The notes under the pieces are model-generated. The model did no database searches. It saw nothing but the letters and a program-made list of their open reading frames with translations, and had not been told where the DNA came from. Of a DNA stretch of 64,000 nt, positions 1 to 13,880 are shown one piece after another (positions within the stretch are counted from its first letter, which is position 1; each line of letters opens with the position of its first letter). The DNA is from the human T2T-CHM13v2.0 reference genome, Homo sapiens. The DNA lies in NCBI RefSeq assembly GCF_009914755.1, contig NC_060930.1. One strand, given 5' to 3'. The position numbers and the translations under genes are program-made.

Positions 1-1574
1 ATCACCGGAAATGATATTAATACTTAGTAGAGTCTCATTATTCAATGGTGTCTCCAAAAACATAGCCACTATCTTGTAAGTGAAGTTACTATATGTTTTC
101 CAGCAGTGGAGGGGTCTCTATAAAAAGTCCAATTTGTGATTTTAAATGCTTCAGTTCTTCATCCAGGAATATCTTGGCTAATTTCCCGTGTCTTAGTAAA
201 TTGGTGACATTTTTAGTGATAGTTTCTTTACACCAGTTTCAAGTCACCTTCCTGTCAGGAAATGCAGAGAATGGGGAGTGTGACAGTGATTGTGTAAGAG
301 CTTGTCCAGATTTGAGGAGTTGGGATGTGGGGTGGAAAGCATATTTCTACTTTGAGGGAAATGGCCTTCTAATTTCTTCTGTTCCTGCAGAAAATATCTC
401 CCACAGGGTCTCAGCAGGGTGTTTTCTGAGCTCATTATGGATCTGTTACTTGGCCTCCTGGAGACTTCTGTATTCTACGGGCTTCTGGCTTTTAGTCTTT
501 GGAGAGCACTTGTTCTATGTCATTGTTACGCAGCTCATAATTGGTGTGGGCCCATATTTTACAGTTTGTCAGGCTGGCAGGTTTTGAAGGCATTACTAAC
601 AGAACAGGTGTAGATTTCTAAGGGCAGTCTCGTCTCTATTCCTAGCGTTTTCTGCAGGCTCAAGATGTACTTGACCATAAAGTAATATTTTACATTTAAT
701 GACTTGAATATCATTTTGCAAATTTTCTAAACATTTTGTACTTCCTTTTAGTTCCAGCATTCAAGTGAATGTAGAACTATACTGAATATTGAGAAACAAT
801 TCTCCCCAAGGTAGACCAGCAAAGATCTTCAGAATGTGTCCATAAAATCATAGCTTAAACTTGCCACAGAATTAACATTTTGCAGATTTTCACATTATAT
901 CACTCTTATGGCATCTTCTGTACTCCCCATATGCCCAGGCACCATGTTCCTCTGCATTTTCAGTTAGTTTTATGCTTGGGTGTCCCAATGGAAACAGAAT
1001 AGTGCGTGCAGAATTGATCAGATTACTCATTCATTCGATCCAATTGCATCACGAAGTTAACTAAAAACATCAGATGAACGGGTTTAGGTTTTCCTACCTT
1101 GTTTTTCTTATTGCTTTTATGTTTGTCACAAGACAGGTCTCCGAATCTGAAGAAATAGAATGAATTTAAAAGAAAGGCGTGCTTTATTCTTTCTGTATCT
1201 CCCAACTGTCTCTTACATAAATTCAGCTGTTCTTTTTAACTTCCAAATTGTTAATGCTTTTGCCACTAAAATATACAGATTCCATTCAGATAGTTTTTGA
1301 CTCTTAAGTCTCAGAACAAACTTGCAGTCATAACTACCTCTCCATGGACAGAAAGTCATCATTAATTACTTAGTATATTTTTAATTTGCCTAGCAGAGCA
1401 GTAAAAGAACAATGTGAGCTATGAAGAGTTAGTAATAGCTATTGTTTGAGAACTTCTTATAATCAACACAAAAGTAAGCATTATATACATAACTTATCTT
1501 TGAAAATTCCTTGTAGTCAGACCCAGCTGATATCACTAATATCACTCACGTAGACCTTAATTGCCAGAACTGAA

Positions 1575-1760
1575 CTGTGCTTTGCATTTATTATCCCCTC
1601 TTCACAACAATCCTACAGGTACTGTTACTATACCCATTTTACAAATGAAGGAACTGGGGCTCCAAGAGGTTGATTCATTGTTCAAATGTGGTTATTAAGT
1701 ATTAAGGGCTGTGTAGGGATTCAAGCCTGCTAGGTCTTCTGCCTCAAGTGCACCATATAC
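1575..1760 (-). mobile_element. MIR SINE
   Basis: cccattttacaaatgaaggaactggggctc is the reverse complement of the MIR core. Confidence 0.7.
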
Positions 1761-1910
1761 TGTGTATCAAAGAAGGCTTTGCCATTTTATAGATGGAGGA
1801 ACTGAGATAAGAAAAGCCACTTGCATGGCATCAAATGAGGAAGCAAAGACATGGGCCCCTGTCTCTCTGATTCCAGTGGCCACGTGAAAAACAATTATGC
1901 TACATGCTAA

Positions 1911-2317
<407 letters not shown>

Positions 2318-2699
2318 TAGATTAAAAATCCTATTCTAAAAGTTTGAAATGTCTCAACCAGGAAGAAAGTCCTAAAATTGTTCTAGCTTGAACAGAAAAT
2401 ATTTCCATCTGTCACATTTGTGGATACCACATGGGGTTTTTATATAATGTTTTTGTTTGGTACTCAAGGCATAGATTAATTTTTACTTCCTTTGGGCAGA
2501 CAGCCTCACATTCTGGTGAATTTTTAAACCTCCAGATAAAGATAAAAATTCAAACATATAAATAAGACAGTATCAAATATATTTAAAATAATAGTCACAC
2601 TTCAACTAGGAAGATGATGAAAAATCAGAGGGCAGGGACCCTTATGCAATAGTCAGGAACAAGGATGAATTAGAATCTATCTGCATGGCATACCCTCAT

Positions 2700-3210
2700 T
2701 TATGTGCCAAGCCTTCGTTAACTGCCACCACTTCTTGGAAGCCTGTCCTGACTCCTTCAGATAGTATGGAAGAGCATTCTGCAATGCTCCTGTAGCTCCA
2801 TCATAGCAATTCTTTTATTTTAAATGTTTATTTCTACTGTTTTCCTACTGGACTCCATACTCCTTGAAATCAGGGATGAGGTTTTATTAACTTTGTGTCC
2901 CTAGTGCCTAGAACATTTCAACCATACTCAAACCTTCATCAACTCAGTTCACAGTCAACAGATACTTACTGAGCATTTAGTATATGCCAGGCACTCTGCC
3001 AAGGCACTGGGACAGCATGAAAAAACAATAGAAAAGGGAATATATAAACAAGAGTGAACACTGGACTGGGAGTCTGAAAACTTGTATTCCAGTTCTATTC
3101 TGTCTGCTAATTCAGTGTTTGATCTTCAGTAACATTCCTGGCCTTTAGATGGCTAAAAGGAATGGCTGGATCCAAAGATGTCTAAAGTCTCTCAGCTCTG
3201 GAAGTCTATG
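2700..3210. mobile_element. L2 fragments (both orientations) plus MIR3-like fragment
   Basis: L2 3'-end motifs tgtgtccctagtgcctagaaca and ttactgagcatttagtatatgccaggcact; MIR3-like ctggactgggagtctgaaaac. Confidence 0.55.
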
Positions 3211-3931
3211 TAATTATAATTATCTCAAATATAATTGAACCATGTCTAATGTATTATAGGCTCACAGTGTGGTCAGAATAGTGTGATGTAAATATATAGG
3301 AATAAACTTCTGTGAGTGTGAGAATACTAAAAACTGGTATGGATTAGTGCCATAAGAAGCAAATACCAGAATGTGCTTAAGCTTGTAAAAAGGGTAAAGG
3401 ACAGCAATAAGGCTTTTAAGATTAGTATGAGAACAAAAATAGGAGAGGTAAGCCTGAAGATTAGAACGGACGGTATGTGGTATAGTATTACACATGACTC
3501 ACAAAGCAGAAATCTTCTCTTCAAGAAGAGCTTTTGTCTGCAAAGGCAAATGGTTCAAAGGGAAGTGAACCCAAGAGAGGCAAGCAGACAGTGGGCTTGA
3601 GTGCGGGCAAGAGTACATCTCTCTGTAGTGAGAAAGGTGGAAAATAAGATTTTCTACAGATGATCTCCAAGACCCACAATGAATCTCAGATTTATGTAAG
3701 ATGGGAAAGGCCTGGAGATAGCCCAACAGTATCCTAGTTTGCAAAGTAAAAGAAGGTGTGTTTTGTGAATTTCAAGCTGGTAATCTTGATGTCTATTGCT
3801 TAGCAAAATTGTGGCTGGTTTGTGAGCACTGGGAATGAAAAAAAAAAAAAAGATGATCAATATGTAGCCAAAAGTTAGCCCAAACTAATTTTGTATTTTT
3901 GGTTGTCTGCAGGTATATACATATTTGTCTC

Positions 3932-4068
3932 TTTTTTTTTCTTCAAATTAAGAGACAAGGTCTTAATGTGTTGCCCAGGATGGTCTCGAATTCCTGGGCT
4001 TAAGCAATTCACCCGCCTTGGCCTTCGGAAGTTGCTAGGATTACAGATGTGAGCCATCGCACCCAGCC
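3932..4068 (-). mobile_element. FLAM (free left Alu monomer)
   Basis: Single ~135-bp Alu monomer flanked by TSD catatttgtct. Confidence 0.9.
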
Positions 4069-4829
4069 CATATTTGTCTTTTAACTTGGCCTTTGACAAA
4101 ATCATGATCTCTTTTTGAAGAATATGGAAACATTAAGTGTGGCTGGCCTTCTAGTTAGATTTATTTATAACCAGTTAAATGATGTCATCAAAATGATGGT
4201 TGCTGATCAATATAGTCTCAGGCCAGGAAACATATTTTGAGCCCAGTGTCTACTTCAATGCCAGGTGTCCATTTTTATTGCAATTACATGAATATCTAAA
4301 CAAATTAACAATGTGTACCTAGAAAGAGGTCTGTAGTGGAATATCACAGAGCTTTCTTTGCTCTATACTTTCTTCAATTACGATTTCCAAACACTTGGGT
4401 GAAGCTTTGGAAGTCAGATTTATAATATTTGCAAATGAACATAAACTGAGAGGGACAACAGGATTTTGGAAGCCAGGCTTAGGATCCAAAGAGACTGATA
4501 AGCAGAAATTTTGTTCCCAAGTTAACAAAATGAAATTCAGTGTAGTAAAATCCTTCACTTGAATCTTTGAGGGAATAAGTCACGGCCCTGCCCTGTCAGG
4601 CATGCTGGAGAGCAAAGAGGAGGATGTGGAGGTAGAAAAGTGGTCTCCTTTGAGTCTGCATCTTCATACACTGAAGGGATATGGACAGGTGCAAGAGGCC
4701 AGATACTCACCCAAGGTGAGGCCTTCAAACTTATGTACTCCCCATGGCTTTTCACAGGTAATCATTGAGATTTGGAAAATGGGAGTTGATTGGTCCACAG
4801 GCCTAGTTTTAAAGGCAGAGCAGCATTCT

Positions 4830-5115
4830 TTTGCATTTGGTGTTATGGAAACAGGAATCAGAATAAGAAAAAAGAAAACCTCAAATGAAAGCAAATCTGG
4901 AGGCCCCTCCCCATCTCAAATGGGAGGCTCTGGGGTAACCTCCTAGCTGTGTGACTCTAGGCAAGTTACCTAAGCTCTCTTAGCCTCAGTAACCTGAAAA
5001 ATAGATATTACAATTATTACTCCTCCAGAATTATTGTGAGAACAAATGTTTTTGTACTAAAGCACTTAGAACATTGCCTGACCATAAGCAGTATGGGCTG
5101 TTATTACTATTATTA
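4830..5115 (+). mobile_element. MIR SINE
   Basis: ctagctgtgtgactctaggcaagttacctaagctctcttagcctcagt...gcacttagaacattgcctg. Confidence 0.75.
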
Positions 5116-5401
5116 TTAAAACTTAGAAGAGTATGGCTTGTTACAGTGAGGAGACTAGTTAACAGGATTCTTACATTTCCCATGCCTTAGAAAAACATGC
5201 AAAACAAAACAAAAAAAAACAGTCATAAAAGTGTAGGATGGAGGGCATGTAGCTTTGCAGCATTGACCAAAAAAAAAAAAAAAGGTAGATTTAGGCTGTT
5301 TTTGCATATACTGAACACTTTGTACCAATTGGCATTACAGTTTGAAGATGCAGAGCCTGTAGATTCACTCATTCTAGATTTTATAGTTTCACTAGGCTTC
5401 G

Positions 5402-5411
5402 TTTTTCTTTA

Positions 5412-5446
<35 letters not shown>

Positions 5447-5735
5447 CAGAGAGACAGGTTCTTGCTCTATCACCCAAGCTGAAGTAGTGGCATGATCATA
5501 ACTCACTGCAGCCTCCAGCTCCTGGCCTCAATTAATCCTCCTGCCTCAGCCTCCTGAGTAACTGAGACTACAGGCATCTGCCACCATGCCTGGCTAACTT
5601 GCTAAAAAAATGTTTTGTAGAGATGGAGTCTTGCTATGTTGCCAGTGCTGGTCTTGAACTGCTGGCCACAAGTGACACTAAAGCCTTGGCCTCCCAAAGC
5701 TCTGGAGTTACAGGTGTGAGCCACTGCACCCAGCC
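5402..5735 (-). mobile_element. Alu (AluJ)
   Basis: Diverged dimeric Alu with a long T-tract; TSD ttcactaggct. Confidence 0.9.
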
Positions 5736-7439
5736 TTCACTAGGCTCCTTATTGTGCAACTGCCGTTAGCATCCCCATGCCATTTTCCGGTATTGGTCCC
5801 TAATTCCTGCTTTCATCTACAAGTTCAGATTAATTTTTTCTAAAATAACAACAGCAGTATTTATGTCTTACTCCAACTCCATGGCAGATGTGTATAAATT
5901 GCAAGCATTTAGGAATAGCATTTGCCAACTCCCAAGACTTGGCTGTCCCTCTCGCTCTGGCCTTACTTACCTAACTGACCTCCTGTAGTACTGAGTTGTG
6001 TGCTGGCCAAGTTCCTATTCCTGGACTGCTTTCTTTCCCTTGACCTTCCTTGAAATACTGCTAACCTGACTTTTGACTGTGATCTATGTGCTATCTCCTG
6101 TGTGAAGCCTAATGAAAGGTCCTTCTCTAATGGAAACTTTCATTCTAGGAGTTACCTCATTCTGTTTTATGTGGATCTGTTAGCTCCTTCATTAGGTTTC
6201 AAGCTGTTTGAAACAGTGATTGAATTTGCTCACCTTTGCTTTCCTCTCAGGGTCTACATTGGGACCCTGAGTGATAATAGAGCCTTCTGTAGTATTGAAT
6301 TGCTTTAAACAGAATTAAAGGACATTGGCACCAAATGTGATTTTGCCAATCCTTGGGAGTCTTGGTGCCTCTGTCTGGGCTTGACCAGGGTAGAATGGCT
6401 GAAGAAAATGTGATTCCTCCACCCATTAAATTCTTTATTTCTCAACTACTCTGGAAGTTTTTGCCTCTTTTTGTTTCTATCCATTTTCATACTTTTAAGA
6501 TACCCTTTTTTACTTTAAGATACCTTTTTTCTTCCTAACGTTTCTTTACATGCTCACATGCAAGCCCAGTCATCCATCTCTCTTTTTCACCTTTCTGTCC
6601 TCATATATTTTTCTTAAAATATCTTTTCTCATCTAATCTCCTTTCCTCTATCAATCAGCCTCCTAAGCGAAAATGGTAGTGCTAATGTTTTAAAAAGTGG
6701 GGGAGGACTAGAAATCTGTATGGAATGTAATTCACTTTTATTGCTTTTAAATTAAATGAAACGTTTTTGCCCTTGTTTCCATTCTACTCAGAAGGATTTC
6801 AGACTAAATCCTTAAGCCTGCCATATGGAAATAACTGGGCTAGAGGGCTGCTATCTAATCTAAGCATTTAATTCAAACATTTGAAATGGTTTTTGCTTCA
6901 AGAAAACATAGGTTGACACTAAGCTTTATTTTAGCAAAGGTTTGGGAAAGGTTCTAATCTGCAGTATGTACACTTTGATAAATTTCATAGACTAGAGCAA
7001 CAGATTACAATTTAGTTTGTTCTTCCAACATAAAACTATTTTAATCCTAGTTATAATTTCACTGAAGGCTGGATTTACTCACTGGCTTGTTAAAACTGTA
7101 GATAACAACCACAAGCCTGTTATTTAAACACAATTCAGAAATCATAAATAGAAATTCAAAAGGAGAGCTCAATGCTGCAAGATGAGATTTGATGCCCTGA
7201 AGAAACTCTCTCTGAAATTTGCCAAAGACCTTGTGGAACTTAAAATATCTTCTTGTTTCCTACCAGCTAGATATGGCAGCTTGAGAACTATTTATTATGA
7301 ATCAAGATAGATATTTTACCAACTCAGAAAATGTTGCTTTTTGTTTGGATATTAATCTTGTTTGTTCATATTTTTAACTAGGAAAGTTAGTACAGTAATA
7401 TGGTGGTCATCCAACAGACCACAAGAAGAGAATTTGTCC

Positions 7440-8690
7440 CTCATTCAGCATTTTAGCAAATATTTCTTGAACACTAGCCATGTGCAAGGTATTACAGTGA
7501 GTGTTTCTGCTAATAAAAATATGAATTAAATTTGATGTTTGATCATAAGTAGAAGAACTGTGATACTATAATATTGTAAGTGCCATAGAAAACTTGCTAT
7601 TATAAAATGCTGTAAGGAGTTAATGCTTGCATAGGGTGCAGTGGGTCAGCTAGAGAAGGCTTTATAAAGAAAGTGGAATATGAGCTTTGATGCCTAGCCA
7701 GATGTGGGTATGTGAAGAACAGGGCAGGGCAGTGGGGAGTGGGTGGATTCTGGACAGCTGAAACATTGTTAACAAAATCTCAGAAATGGTACAAAATGGA
7801 ATATGAATGAGAAATACAGAACATTTGTTAGGTTTTATTTTTATGCAAATTAAAGAGAAGAGTTAGAGACAAAGTTAAAGTCAATGGGTCTAGAATTTCA
7901 GCTAAAACTTTGGTAGGTAGTGGAGAATATTTTATCATTATTCTGCTCTTTAAACAACTTCAGAGATGATTGATTAATCTTGATTGTAAAGGAAGAGAAA
8001 TTCTTTGGAAGACCAGTTAGGGGGTTATCATATGGTCTAGTAAAAGTTAATAAGATCTGCACAAGGCTGGGAAGAGTAGGATTAGAACAGAGGGGTGGAA
8101 TTAAAGGACATCGTATATTGGAAATTTCTAGGATTTAGAACCTGATTGGAAGAGGAAGAAGAAAGGGAGGAGTTAAAAATAACTGTAAAGAGCCAAATCT
8201 GAGAACTGACCCTGCTAAAAAAGTCAGACAAGTCAAGTGGTGCAGCTGGTGTGTGCTAGAAGGTAAGTTCAGCTTTACTAGCAGTACATGAATGTGTGTA
8301 TGTTCCCTAATGGGCAGTGGAAAGTGTGAAATTGAAACTCAGGATATGACCTGAAATATAGACTTGGGACTCATTAGCATCAAGGAAATAGTGAAGATGT
8401 AGGAACAGATATGAATGCCAAGGGAGAGTATGGAAGAGAAGATGACCAAGAACAAGACTCTAGGGAGAAGTTCTACTTTTAGGTGAGTCTGTTGAAATAG
8501 TCAGTGAGGTCAGAGTAGAAGTAGGAGAACTTAACATCATAAAAGACTGGGGAAGAGAGAGTGTGGAGAAAGGAGGGGCAGTAATATCCATGGAAGCAGA
8601 GAGGTAAGGAAGATGAAAATTGAGGGGGAAATTAAATGTGGCAGCTAAGAATTCATTGACGACTTTCACAAGAGAGGTCTTAGAACCATG
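7440..8690 (-). mobile_element. L2 LINE, long decayed fragment
   Basis: Starts with the reverse-complement L2 3' end (tcattcagc...aaatatttcttgaacactagccatgtgcaagg), followed by a purine-rich L2 body. Confidence 0.65.
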
Positions 8691-8794
8691 AATTGCTGGA
8701 ATGTATCCTCTTTGTCAGTCTGGAGTGTTTGTTTTTGACCTATTAAGTATTCTAGATTTGTCCAATGAATGATTTAAAATAGCACAGATAACTC

Positions 8795-8810
8795 TGTGTG
8801 TGTGTGTGTA

Positions 8811-8841
<31 letters not shown>

Positions 8842-8850
8842 AGAGAAAGA
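8795..8850 (+). repeat. Compound (TG)n(GA)n microsatellite
   Basis: Directly visible. Confidence 0.95.
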
Positions 8851-9159
8851 GTGAGCATCAGTCTTGTGGCCAGGGGACTATTTTATATTAATAAGTGATA
8901 AAATTATTTAAATATTCCTTGAGCTCACATTTAATCAATAACAGAAATGTAACTGAAAAAATAATAGAAATGTTTACTTAGCCAAAAAGGAAATCTCCAG
9001 AAATTTACATTAGTCAATAAATAAAATTTGTACCCAAACTATGTCAATTAAAAAAATATTCTGCCCCATTTAATCACATGAAACTGCAACAGCAACAAAA
9101 ATTCTGTGTAAACAGTTGTTTAATTGAACTGATGCTCATACCCCAGGAACATATTTACA

Positions 9160-9191
9160 TCATCTTTTTCCTTTTTTTTTTCTTCTTCAGA
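9160..9191 (+). promoter_or_regulatory. TMEM200A: 3' splice acceptor of the TMEM200A coding exon (exon starts 9191)
   Basis: Long polypyrimidine tract ctttttccttttttttttcttcttcAG|agtaaa just upstream of the ATG. Confidence 0.9.
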
Positions 9192-9206
9192 GTAAAAGGC
9201 CAAGCT

Positions 9207-10682
9207 ATGATAGCAACTGGTGGAGTGATAACTGGCCTGGCCGCCTTGAAAAGGCAAGACTCTGCCAGATCACAGCAGCATGTCAACCTCAGCCCGTCTC
9301 CTGCTACCCAAGAGAAGAAGCCCATCAGGCGCCGGCCCCGGGCAGATGTTGTGGTTGTTCGTGGCAAAATCCGGCTTTATTCCCCATCTGGTTTTTTTCT
9401 TATTTTAGGAGTGCTCATCTCCATTATAGGAATTGCTATGGCCGTTCTTGGATATTGGCCCCAAAAAGAACATTTTATTGATGCTGAAACAACACTGTCA
9501 ACAAATGAAACTCAGGTCATTCGGAATGAAGGCGGTGTGGTGGTTCGCTTCTTTGAGCAGCATTTGCATTCTGATAAGATGAAAATGCTTGGCCCATTCA
9601 CCATGGGGATTGGCATTTTCATTTTCATTTGTGCTAATGCCATTCTTCATGAAAACCGTGACAAAGAGACCAAAATCATACACATGAGGGATATCTATTC
9701 CACAGTCATTGACATTCACACGCTAAGAATCAAGGAGCAAAGGCAAATGAACGGCATGTACACTGGTTTGATGGGAGAAACAGAAGTAAAACAGAATGGG
9801 AGCTCCTGTGCCTCGAGATTGGCAGCAAATACGATCGCCTCTTTCTCGGGTTTTCGGAGCAGTTTTCGAATGGACAGCTCCGTGGAGGAGGATGAACTTA
9901 TGTTAAATGAAGGTAAGAGTTCTGGGCATCTTATGCCCCCTTTGCTCTCTGACAGCTCTGTGTCTGTCTTTGGCCTCTATCCACCTCCTTCCAAGACAAC
10001 TGATGATAAGACCAGCGGCTCTAAGAAATGTGAAACCAAGTCAATTGTGTCATCGTCCATCAGTGCTTTTACATTGCCTGTGATCAAACTTAATAACTGT
10101 GTTATTGATGAGCCCAGTATAGATAACATCACTGAAGATGCTGACAACCTCAAAAGTAGGTCAAGGAATTTGTCAATGGATTCCCTTGTGGTTCCTTTGC
10201 CCAACACCAGTGAATCCTTCCAGCCCGTCAGCACAGTGCTACCAAGGAATAATTCCATTGGGGAGTCGTTGTCGAGTCAGTACAAGTCATCTATGGCTCT
10301 CGGACCTGGGGCTGGACAGCTCTTGTCTCCTGGGGCTGCCAGAAGACAGTTTGGGTCCAATACATCCTTGCATTTGCTCTCGTCACACTCAAAGTCCTTG
10401 GACTTAGACCGGGGTCCCTCCACTCTAACTGTTCAGGCAGAACAACGGAAACATCCAAGTTGGCCTAGGTTGGATCGGAACAACAGCAAGGGATATATGA
10501 AACTAGAGAACAAAGAAGACCCGATGGATAGGTTGCTTGTGCCCCAAGTTGCCATCAAAAAGGACTTTACCAATAAGGAGAAGCTTCTTATGATTTCAAG
10601 ATCTCACAATAATTTGAGTTTTGAACATGATGAGTTTTTGAGTAACAACCTAAAGAGGGGAACTTCTGAAACAAGGTTTTAA
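9207..10682 (+). CDS. TMEM200A: Transmembrane protein 200A, 491 aa, whole CDS in one exon
   Basis: The ORF 9078-10682, read from the ATG at 9207 ([23 protein letters not shown]...KRGTSETRF), matches the TMEM200A protein as I recall it. It has two hydrophobic TM segments ([22 protein letters not shown]; [21 protein letters not shown]) and a long Ser-rich tail. The ATG lies 16 nt after a strong splice acceptor. Confidence 0.97.
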   Translation: MIATGGVITGLAALKRQDSARSQQHVNLSPSPATQEKKPIRRRPRADVVVVRGKIRLYSPSGFFLILGVLISIIGIAMAVLGYWPQKEHFIDAETTLSTNETQVIRNEGGVVVRFFEQHLHSDKMKMLGPFTMGIGIFIFICANAILHENRDKETKIIHMRDIYSTVIDIHTLRIKEQRQMNGMYTGLMGETEVKQNGSSCASRLAANTIASFSGFRSSFRMDSSVEEDELMLNEGKSSGHLMPPLLSDSSVSVFGLYPPPSKTTDDKTSGSKKCETKSIVSSSISAFTLPVIKLNNCVIDEPSIDNITEDADNLKSRSRNLSMDSLVVPLPNTSESFQPVSTVLPRNNSIGESLSSQYKSSMALGPGAGQLLSPGAARRQFGSNTSLHLLSSHSKSLDLDRGPSTLTVQAEQRKHPSWPRLDRNNSKGYMKLENKEDPMDRLLVPQVAIKKDFTNKEKLLMISRSHNNLSFEHDEFLSNNLKRGTSETRF

Positions 10683-12210
10683 TGTTAAAAGAATATATCA
10701 TTTTACAAGGGTATATATTTTAAAACGATTTTCACTGGTGTTTCCTTCTTAAAGTATTGGCTGTAAGCCTTTTTAATCAAATGGTTTGTAGTGTATTAGA
10801 ATTGGCTGCTTAGTTCTGTAATGAAGATGGTTGTATGTTTGGGTTACTTGTGACTGCAGTACTCTATGTTACCACACATGATTTTATTTTTCTCTTCCTT
10901 TGAAAGCATGATCTCTTTTATTAATATGAATGCAAAATGCTTGCATCCAAATTAAAGCTTATTTTCTTTACTTTTAAGTTCTTTGATTGCCCTATTCATA
11001 AAATGAAATGTCCAGTATGGAAAACATAGGGTACCAAAGTGTGGACCAGGAGTACAAATTCAGTCCCAATACTCAATACGTATTATAGATGACTATGAGT
11101 GCAAACCTTAGGATGTGATTTTCTGAATAATTGTTCTTTGTAGGATTTGGTTACATTATTTAAAATGAAAAAGATCTAGTTTTAGTGTGAGCTCAGTAAT
11201 GTTAATTGGTTAAGTTCATTGTGAATCTTGAGTTTTAGATAAGTAGTTATTTTTTTCAATATCACTTCTGTTTTTAGTGATATTATATCAAGAAACAACG
11301 TATTCAAGAGCCATGGCTGACAGTGCCAGATATACTTAGGGATAAACATCAAAATGCAATTATAGTTGCTATAACGTTAGATACTCGGAATCAAAATTTA
11401 TTTGCAAGCTGACTTGATAAACTAAATGAACCAATAAAATTTGTAGAAATGCTATCCTGAAATAATTATATACATGAAGACAATGTTGACTAATGAATTA
11501 AGATACATTATATACTAGTTAATGCTAACTAGTCTCAGTACCTGTTTTTAGCCATCTGTTACTGTCCAATAGCACCTCATTCCCACATTCTATTTTCCCC
11601 CGGTATTCTTTAGATCCTAGTATTTGGAAAACAATCGGCTAACCTTGACATTTCTTTTTACCTTCATATGCCACTATCTCGGTAGTTCAAAAAAATTTAG
11701 TTCTTGATAAATTGCCTTGAAGTTTACCTTGTGCTGGAGAGCCTTATGATAACTCCAAAGACTTTCTTACGGTATAATACATGTTGTTTAGGATTGTGTT
11801 TCTTAGTCACTGAAGATAATAAATATTAAAATGGATGTTTTCATCAGAAAATTTTCATGTTTTCCTTTAAGGTAACATAATTGTAAGAATTGTTTAATAA
11901 AATACTCAGGAAATTCTAAAGGTTTCTCCCAATACCTAAACATTTCTGAACATCAGTATTGCAGTTGTGGAAGAGCAGAAGGAGGATACATTTGTTTGTG
12001 TTGCTCCCCAAAATTCCACCTTGCATTTGCATCACAAACTTCCCTCAATTGAGGCAGTTTTCTTTGTTAGAACATTAAGTCTGTGTATTGTAATAGAGTG
12101 GGCTCAATATTTTACTATAAAGCATTTAATAAACTGTTATTAATAGAAGTTTGTGTTCTTCACACCTTTGCTATTGCTTTTTAAATAAAATGTACATTTC
12201 TGCTTAAAGT
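10683..12210 (+). terminator. TMEM200A: TMEM200A 3' UTR with candidate poly(A) signals
   Basis: Repeat-free AU-rich stretch with AATAAA at 11433, 11818, 11896, 12128 and 12184. The true cleavage site(s) cannot be read from sequence alone. Confidence 0.7.
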
Positions 12211-12899
12211 ACTGTTTTTCACACTTTCAGATATATTCTACTGAGGGCACTTGATACCCTAGTACATGTACTGAGTATCTCGGCTTTTAAATTTTGCTTC
12301 TATTCGGTTAAAGAGCTAGGTCTATCCACCTATTTAATTAGACTGTTTTTAAATTTTCTTATCTTGGGATCGTTTTCACTTAAAGTTTCATTGACTCTCA
12401 GGAAAATAACCAAATACAGCAAAAGTCAGCGGCACTCAGATTTGAAAACAGTGGCTGTCAACACCCCTGATGTGACAGATGACTGGAGCCATATAATTTG
12501 TTCAGTTCATCCCTGAAAGAGCTCTAGAAATTTGAAGAGGATTAAACAGCATGGGTCTTAGATGATCCAAATAAAGGAATTGGGGGCTTAAAGTAGTGGT
12601 TCCTGCTCAATCTTCTCTTCATCAAAAAGCCTGAGTTTTTTACTTATCAAGCAAATCAACTTTGTTAAATTATAAATAATTTTCTCATTTTAAATTAATG
12701 AAAGACATCGATTACTAACTAAAGTTTCAGATTCATATGAGATAGCTGGTGTCACCACATTGGTATAATTCTACCTAAAAGCAGTGAAACCTGGAATTCT
12801 AGATAGACCATATTTTGTGCATTTCCTTTAGGCTTTTATGAATATTGAAAATTATTTTGAAAATACACCTGCCATATTAGATTAGAACTTTACTCTAGA

Positions 12900-13021
12900 T
12901 GCCTTGTTTAATCTTAATCACCTTAATTGCCTTTTTAAATCTCCAAATATGGGTATTCTGAGGGGCAGGGGTTTGGGACTTCAGCATATGAATTTCAGGG
13001 GGACACAATTCAGCCCGTAAG
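12900..13021 (-). mobile_element. MLT1 (MaLR) LTR fragment
   Basis: gggacttcagcatatgaatttcagggggacacaattcagcccgtaa is the reverse complement of the MLT1A/B 5' end. Confidence 0.7.
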
Positions 13022-13464
13022 ATGGGGTGTGGAGAGGTGAGTAAGGGTTCTTAGTCTAGACTAGGTGAGAAGAGTGCAATATGCCCTTAATGACATTGCC
13101 ACCCTGGCTATGTAGCCTTGAGCCAATCACTTAATGCCTCCATTTCAATTACTTTCTTAATGCCATGGCTTTGAATTCCTCACCTGTGAAGTGAGATGAG
13201 TAAGAACAGAAACTATCAAGTTCTTTCTAACTCTAAAGGTCCAGGGTTCTTGATGCCCTCAGATGAAGATCTACTGCCTGTCCCCGTCTCTTTGTAGCAG
13301 ATTACTTCTCAAAGGATAAGGGCAGGACTTCCAGGAGAGCAGAGCAGTGGGAGGTGTGGATGGTGGAGCCAGAAGACCCGGCATCCATCAGTTGTGAAGC
13401 TTTCAGGCTTAAATACATGTTTCCATCTGTATAATCTTCGAAGAAACAATGGCAATATAAGTAA

Positions 13465-13880
<416 letters not shown>

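Noticed and set aside
93-613. 164-aa ORF and neighbours at the window start
   Set aside because: No recognisable protein similarity; intronic, possibly a very old repeat I cannot identify.
6490-6530. ~20-bp tandem duplication (tacttttaagataccctttttt)
   Set aside because: Ordinary slippage event.
9078-9206. 43-aa N-terminal extension of the TMEM200A ORF (534-aa call)
   Set aside because: It runs through the intronic polypyrimidine tract (FFLFFFFF) and the acceptor; the recognised protein starts at 9207.
10138-10407. Overlapping alternative-frame and antisense ORFs within the TMEM200A CDS
   Set aside because: Short, with no recognisable homology; expected by chance.
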